Assembly (NCBI GenBank): GCA_038845265.1
Contig: JAWBQR010000005.1
Coordinates: forward strand, 1-64,000
Direction of reading: 5' to 3'
DNA length: 64,000 nucleotides
From: Nitrososphaerota archaeon
GTDB lineage: Archaea; Thermoproteota; Nitrososphaeria_A; Caldarchaeales; Calditenuaceae
The notes beneath the pieces are model-generated. The model saw only the letters and a list, made by a program, of their open reading frames with translations. It made no database searches and was not told the DNA's origin. Shown here one piece after another: positions 59,837 through 64,000 of this stretch; positions within the stretch are counted from its first letter, which is position 1; the number at the start of each line of letters is the position of its first letter. A program made the translations under genes and the position numbers.

Positions 59837-61120
59837 GTGTTAGCGACGAGGGGCAGGGTAGCCATCGTCCACAGGGCATATCCGTGGGAAGAATCAAACC
59901 TAAACGAGCTTGAAGAACTATGCAACACGGCCGGCTACGAGGTGGTCTATAGACTCTTCCAGAGAAGATACCCCCACCCAGAGTACAACATAGGCCCCTC
60001 AAAGCTAGGAGAGCTCAAACAAGCCGTCAAGAACCTCGGGATATCCAAGGTAATATTCGAGAACGAGCTCAAGCCCCTCCAAGAATACAACCTCGCAAAG
60101 ATACTCTCAGTCGAGGTCATAACCAGGATCCGACTCATACTCGAGATCTTTACACAGCACGCCTCAAACCTCGAGGCAAAGCTCCAGATAAAGCTGGCCG
60201 AGCTCAAGTATGAATTACCGAGGGCGAGGGAGAAGGTAAAACTCGCAAAGAGGGGAGAGCAGCCAGGCTTCCACGGCCTCGGAGCATACGAGGCAGACGT
60301 CTACTACGAGGAGATCAATAGAAGAATTCATAAGTTATCAGAAAAACTCGAGGAGATTAAGAGGAAGAAACTCAGCGCGAATCTCCAGAGGAGGGTCGAG
60401 GGCATCCCGGTCATCTCGCTGGCTGGATACACAAATGCGGGGAAGACCACTCTCTTCAACACGCTCACCGGCTACGAAGCAGAGGTCTCGCCACAGATGT
60501 TCACGACACTCTCAACGAAGAGGCGATTAGCAAAGATTGATGGGAAACCAGTATACGTATCAGACACGGTTGGATTCATAAAGAATGTCCCGACCCTGCT
60601 CATATCATCATTCATGTCGACGCTGATGGAGATAGCTGAGGCAGACCTAATACTCCTAGTCATAGACGCGTCGGAACCCGTCGAGACAATGAGGGAGAAG
60701 CTCGACGCCTCGCTCAGCACCCTCAGACAGATAGGCGTGACAAACACGCCGATAATAATCGTCCTAAACAAGAACGACATAGCACCACCAACAAACCTTG
60801 AAGAGGCAGCTAAAGTGATTGGTCAGAGCTACCCAGTCATAAACATCTCTGCGAAGAGAGGAGACAACATCGAGGGGCTCCACCGAGTAGTCTCCCAGTT
60901 CCTGAACAGCTTCGTCCTCTTCAAGGCAAGCCTCACCTACAGTGACGAGGCAAAATGGCTACTACAGCAGGCATACATGAAGGGACGCGTAATAGACCTA
61001 AAGTACCAGGACAGCACGATCGAGATAATCGCCGAGACACCACTAGTAGTCGCCGAGAAGATAAGGAGACTAACAAATCCCTCAGGATTCAGAATAATCA
61101 AGCAAGAATCAGATCAGTAG
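59837..61120 (+). CDS. hflX: Ribosome-splitting GTPase HflX
   Basis: EAKLQIKLAEL.Y, GYTNAGKTT, FTTL, DTVGFI, NKND. Confidence 0.95.
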   Translation: MLATRGRVAIVHRAYPWEESNLNELEELCNTAGYEVVYRLFQRRYPHPEYNIGPSKLGELKQAVKNLGISKVIFENELKPLQEYNLAKILSVEVITRIRLILEIFTQHASNLEAKLQIKLAELKYELPRAREKVKLAKRGEQPGFHGLGAYEADVYYEEINRRIHKLSEKLEEIKRKKLSANLQRRVEGIPVISLAGYTNAGKTTLFNTLTGYEAEVSPQMFTTLSTKRRLAKIDGKPVYVSDTVGFIKNVPTLLISSFMSTLMEIAEADLILLVIDASEPVETMREKLDASLSTLRQIGVTNTPIIIVLNKNDIAPPTNLEEAAKVIGQSYPVINISAKRGDNIEGLHRVVSQFLNSFVLFKASLTYSDEAKWLLQQAYMKGRVIDLKYQDSTIEIIAETPLVVAEKIRRLTNPSGFRIIKQESDQ

Positions 61121-61213
61121 TCCGAGATATATGAGGATTGAGAGCTCACTCAATAGGAGGATAAGCAAGATGATTATGCCTGGGCTGAGGCGCCTCCTAC
61201 CCTCTGGCTTCAT
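61109..61213 (-). CDS. Putative 34-aa single-pass membrane microprotein (not in ORF track)
   Basis: MKPEGRRRLSPGIIILLILLLSELSILIYLGLLI*: basic N-terminus followed by a hydrophobic helix. Confidence 0.5.
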   Translation of the reverse strand: MKPEGRRRLSPGIIILLILLLSELSILIYLGLLI

Positions 61214-61414
61214 TCCAAAGAAAAAATGGTCAAAAAACCAGTAATAAACATTGTGAATCTAGAACTTAGAATATTATTCATGAATTTTTTCTAAATTATT
61301 CTAGAAATACTAGAATCGGTATAAGATTCTTCAGAATTCCCTTGGATTGACTAAACATTCTTCACTTATAGGCATAGATATATATCTCTGGAGGGTGAAT
61401 ATTGCTACGTGGCC

Positions 61415-61573
61415 ATGTTTAGGAGGGAGGACCTCTACTGGGAGAGGCTGAGAGGTCCTTCACCCATAATGCCGTCAGACATCGAGCATCTTGTACGCGA
61501 GATACAGATACTTAAAGCCGAGATACAAAAGATAAAGAAGGCACTCGAGGAAAGAGGAATCAAGATAGATTAG
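61415..61573 (+). CDS. Putative 52-aa coiled-coil small protein (not in ORF track)
   Basis: MFRREDLYWERLRGPSPIMPSDIEHLVREIQILKAEIQKIKKALEERGIKID*; GGAGGGTGA upstream; heptad pattern. Confidence 0.65.
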   Translation: MFRREDLYWERLRGPSPIMPSDIEHLVREIQILKAEIQKIKKALEERGIKID

Positions 61574-62126
61574 GAAGGTCCCTATAGATTGACTGGATAA
61601 GCGGTCTTAGAAGCTTAGCGATGCTCAGGACTCTCTTCAGATCTTTTCTGCAGTGATTGATGATGAGTGTTCTTCTTCCTTTCTTTCCGGCTAGGTATTC
61701 TGAGTAGAGCCTAGGAACGTCTATCCCGATGTACTCCTCGGGGAGATTTATGCCTAGATATCGCGAGACTGATTGAAGACTGTTTGAGCTGAGCCTCATG
61801 TGGTTTTTAGAGACCTCCATCAGGTCTATGTGTCTAGCCTCAAGTATGGGTGTCGGGTCGATTCTCAGCCTTACACATCTACTTATCAGGAATGGTATAT
61901 CGAATCCTAGGCCTCCCCAAGTAAAGTAGATGTTTACTTCTTGGAAGATCTTTATGAATTCTCTGAGTGATGACTCCTCTTCCTCCGGCGTCTTTACGAA
62001 GATTATTTTTTCTTTGCCCTTAAAGTACTCAGCTAGCCCGATGCATATGACTTGACCTGTATCAGCGGTGAGACTTGTAGTCTCTATGTCCAGCGCGTAG
62101 ACAACTGGCCTAAGAGTCAAGGACAC
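61560..62126 (-). CDS. Stand-alone RNase H-like DEDD 3'-5' exonuclease domain protein (YprB-like)
   Basis: ALDIETT, FDIPFL, HIDL, HCRKDL. Confidence 0.85.
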   Translation of the reverse strand: MSLTLRPVVYALDIETTSLTADTGQVICIGLAEYFKGKEKIIFVKTPEEEESSLREFIKIFQEVNIYFTWGGLGFDIPFLISRCVRLRIDPTPILEARHIDLMEVSKNHMRLSSNSLQSVSRYLGINLPEEYIGIDVPRLYSEYLAGKKGRRTLIINHCRKDLKRVLSIAKLLRPLIQSIYRDLPNLS

Positions 62127-62276
62127 ATCAACACTCTATTTAGAATTGCAATTCCTTATAATTTTGCCTTCTAAGAACCGTTTGTTTATTCTTATGTTTT
62201 ACAAATATTTTTCGGTCTGTATTGGCTTAGCGTCAAAGTGCATCAGTTATATAATGGCTCATGCATTCAGGGAGAT

Positions 62277-62699
62277 GTGTCTGAACCGGATGAATCGGAG
62301 CTTGACCGCATACTTCAGAGAAAGTTACGCGAGCTTATGAGGGATAGCAATGCGCCTGAAGAGAGTGCGAGTTTCCCGTCAGAACCAATCGATATTACTG
62401 ATAAAGATTTTGATAAATTCATATCACGTTACCCCTTAGTGGTTGTCGATTTCTGGGCCGACTGGTGTATGCCTTGCAGATTTCTCGCGCCGATAGTGAA
62501 GGAGCTTGCAAAGGAGATGTCCGGAAAGGTAGTCTTCGGTAAGCTGAACGTGGATGAGAATCCTGTGACTTCCAGCAAGTTCGGCATTATGAGCATTCCC
62601 ACCCTGATTATCTTTAAGGATGGAAGACCTGTGGACGCAGTGGTGGGCGCACTGCCTAAGTCTAAGCTACATGCGCTAATAATAAAACATCTTCACTGA
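62277..62699 (+). CDS. trxA: Thioredoxin
   Basis: DFWADWCMPC, KLNVDEN, SIPTL; N-terminal ELDRILQRKLREL extension. Confidence 0.93.
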   Translation: MSEPDESELDRILQRKLRELMRDSNAPEESASFPSEPIDITDKDFDKFISRYPLVVVDFWADWCMPCRFLAPIVKELAKEMSGKVVFGKLNVDENPVTSSKFGIMSIPTLIIFKDGRPVDAVVGALPKSKLHALIIKHLH

Positions 62700-62772
62700 A
62701 ATTTTTGGGTCCTTGTCATGCATTAATGTTTAAAACTTAGGGTGTTTATTAATTGTTAGATGGCTGGTTAGT

Positions 62773-63696
62773 TTGCTGATATCTCCGTCTCTAAGCCTCG
62801 CTAAGTACTTAACAGAGAAGAAGAGAGAGCTCGATGACTGGTTCGCTATGAAGGCTAGGGAGAGCATTGACGGTGGCCTGATAAAGGAGACGATTAAAGG
62901 CGGGAAGAGGCTTAGGCCGCTTTTGTTGATGCTTGTCTTTGACGCTCTAGACGGAAAGGATAGGGAGTCCGCCCTTGACGTTGCCTATGCACTTGAGCTT
63001 GCACATAACGCAAGCCTAGTCCACGACGATATAATTGACTGGGACTACTATAGGCGCAGTAGGCCAGCGCTCTGGCGACAGATAGGAATTGGAAGAGCAG
63101 TTATTCAGGGGCACAGAATTATCAACACTGCATTTCGAACCGTACTGGACAAGGGAGTTGAGATTACTAGATTATTTCTAGAGGCTTGGGAAAACTCTTC
63201 ATTCGGAGTATTAGAAGAACTGTTCTCCTCGACCCCACCATCCAAGATGCTATATCTCAGGATTATTCAGGAAAAGACTGCTTCACTCTTCGCCGCTGGA
63301 GCTGAGTCGGCGGCCGTCCTAGCGGGCTCCTCGGAAAAGATGAGAAATCTAGCTAGGAGGTACGGACTACTCGTCGGCACCGTCTACCAATTAGCAGATG
63401 ATTATGTAGATCTTAGGCGCAATAAGGGGTTGATAAGAGTCATTTTGAGGCTTAGAAATATTGACGAGGCCGTAAGGAAGGGCTACATCGCGCTTAAGGA
63501 GGGGAGGCTTCTACGCTTCTTAGAGATCATACAGCAATCAAGCAGGTTTTACTCTTTCATTACAGAGCTTCTCAGGGAATGTTACGATGAGATTGATAAA
63601 ATTGTCGACGCAATGGAGATTAAGGAGGAATATAGACCCTTGCTAAAAGAGTTTCCAAGATTCTGCGTAGAACAAATGCTGAAAGAGAGTAAGTAA
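62773..63696 (+). CDS. Polyprenyl diphosphate synthase (trans-IDS)
   Basis: GGKRLRP, HNASLVHDDIID..RR (FARM), KTASLF, YQLADDYVD (SARM). Confidence 0.88.
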   Translation: MLISPSLSLAKYLTEKKRELDDWFAMKARESIDGGLIKETIKGGKRLRPLLLMLVFDALDGKDRESALDVAYALELAHNASLVHDDIIDWDYYRRSRPALWRQIGIGRAVIQGHRIINTAFRTVLDKGVEITRLFLEAWENSSFGVLEELFSSTPPSKMLYLRIIQEKTASLFAAGAESAAVLAGSSEKMRNLARRYGLLVGTVYQLADDYVDLRRNKGLIRVILRLRNIDEAVRKGYIALKEGRLLRFLEIIQQSSRFYSFITELLRECYDEIDKIVDAMEIKEEYRPLLKEFPRFCVEQMLKESK

Positions 63697-63754
63697 TAGT
63701 CCTTGATTTAAGTATATTATAGTCAACGAGTCATTGAATAGTCAGTGTTGGGAC

Positions 63755-64000
63755 ATGGCTATCGAGGGATTATTAGAGATAGCCACCGCGTTATCACTCT
63801 CATGGCTAAGGCTAGGAGCAGCCCTGCTCCTATCGATAGCTATGTCCCTCCTAGTCGGCATCCCCTCAGGCCTCAGTAGAGGCGTAGAGCGGTTAGTCCT
63901 TCCCATACTTGACGTCCTCCAGAGCGTCCCAATACTGGGTTTCTTCCCAATCGCTGTCTACTTCTTCATCTCTATAAATCCGATACTTGGTCCGGACCTT
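63755..64000 (+). CDS. NitT/TauT-family ABC transporter permease (partial, runs off right edge; not in ORF track)
   Basis: MAIEGLLEIATALSLSWLRL...LPILDVLQSVPILGFFP. Confidence 0.85.
   Translation, partial: MAIEGLLEIATALSLSWLRLGAALLLSIAMSLLVGIPSGLSRGVERLVLPILDVLQSVPILGFFPIAVYFFISINPILGPDL

Noticed and set aside
61131-61188. Possible C/D box sRNA (ATGAGGA...ATGATTA...CTGA)
   Set aside because: Boxes are degenerate, guide spacing is wrong (8 nt before D), and the region is better explained by the minus-strand TM microprotein
1-64000. CRISPR arrays, IS elements, integrases, inteins, rRNA, SRP or RNase P RNA, selenocysteine read-through
   Set aside because: No regularly spaced repeats, transposase/integrase motifs, oversize housekeeping ORFs, long GC-rich structured gaps or TGA-interrupted conserved frames seen by eye; short RNAs could be missed without an Infernal search

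Overview
Archaeal chromosomal DNA, most consistent with a thermophilic TACK lineage (Caldarchaeales/'Aigarchaeota'-like; an inference from gene content, frequent TTG/GTG starts and GGTGA Shine-Dalgarno motifs). It is mostly densely packed housekeeping sequence: translation (aEF-1beta, ArgRS, aRF1+HemK, SRP54-Pus10-L21e-Rpo4-DUF655-RsmA-L10e, NAC, MBF1-HflX, RNase P proteins), three ABC transporters, a TauE-TusA-YeeE sulfur module, Tat, PEP synthase, gap-pgk, pyrG, pyrH, argF and lipid genes. No CRISPR array, transposase, integrase or rRNA is visible. Missed by the ORF track: a large secreted S-layer-like glycoprotein running off the left edge, a decayed PD-(D/E)xK-like pseudogene, a tRNA-Ile(GAT) with a non-canonical 43/44 intron, two divergent small ORFs and a partial ABC permease at the right edge. 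Most notable: an ArsR-HTH + ATP-cone + apparently inactive class III RNR-like fusion; multi-kb G+T versus A+C strand-skew domains independent of gene orientation; two convergent deoxyhypusine synthase paralogs; a probable CTG start for L21e; a MoaD/SAMP with a C-terminal extension past GG; and a bacterial-type GAPDH. All assignments come from motif recognition by eye, not database searches.
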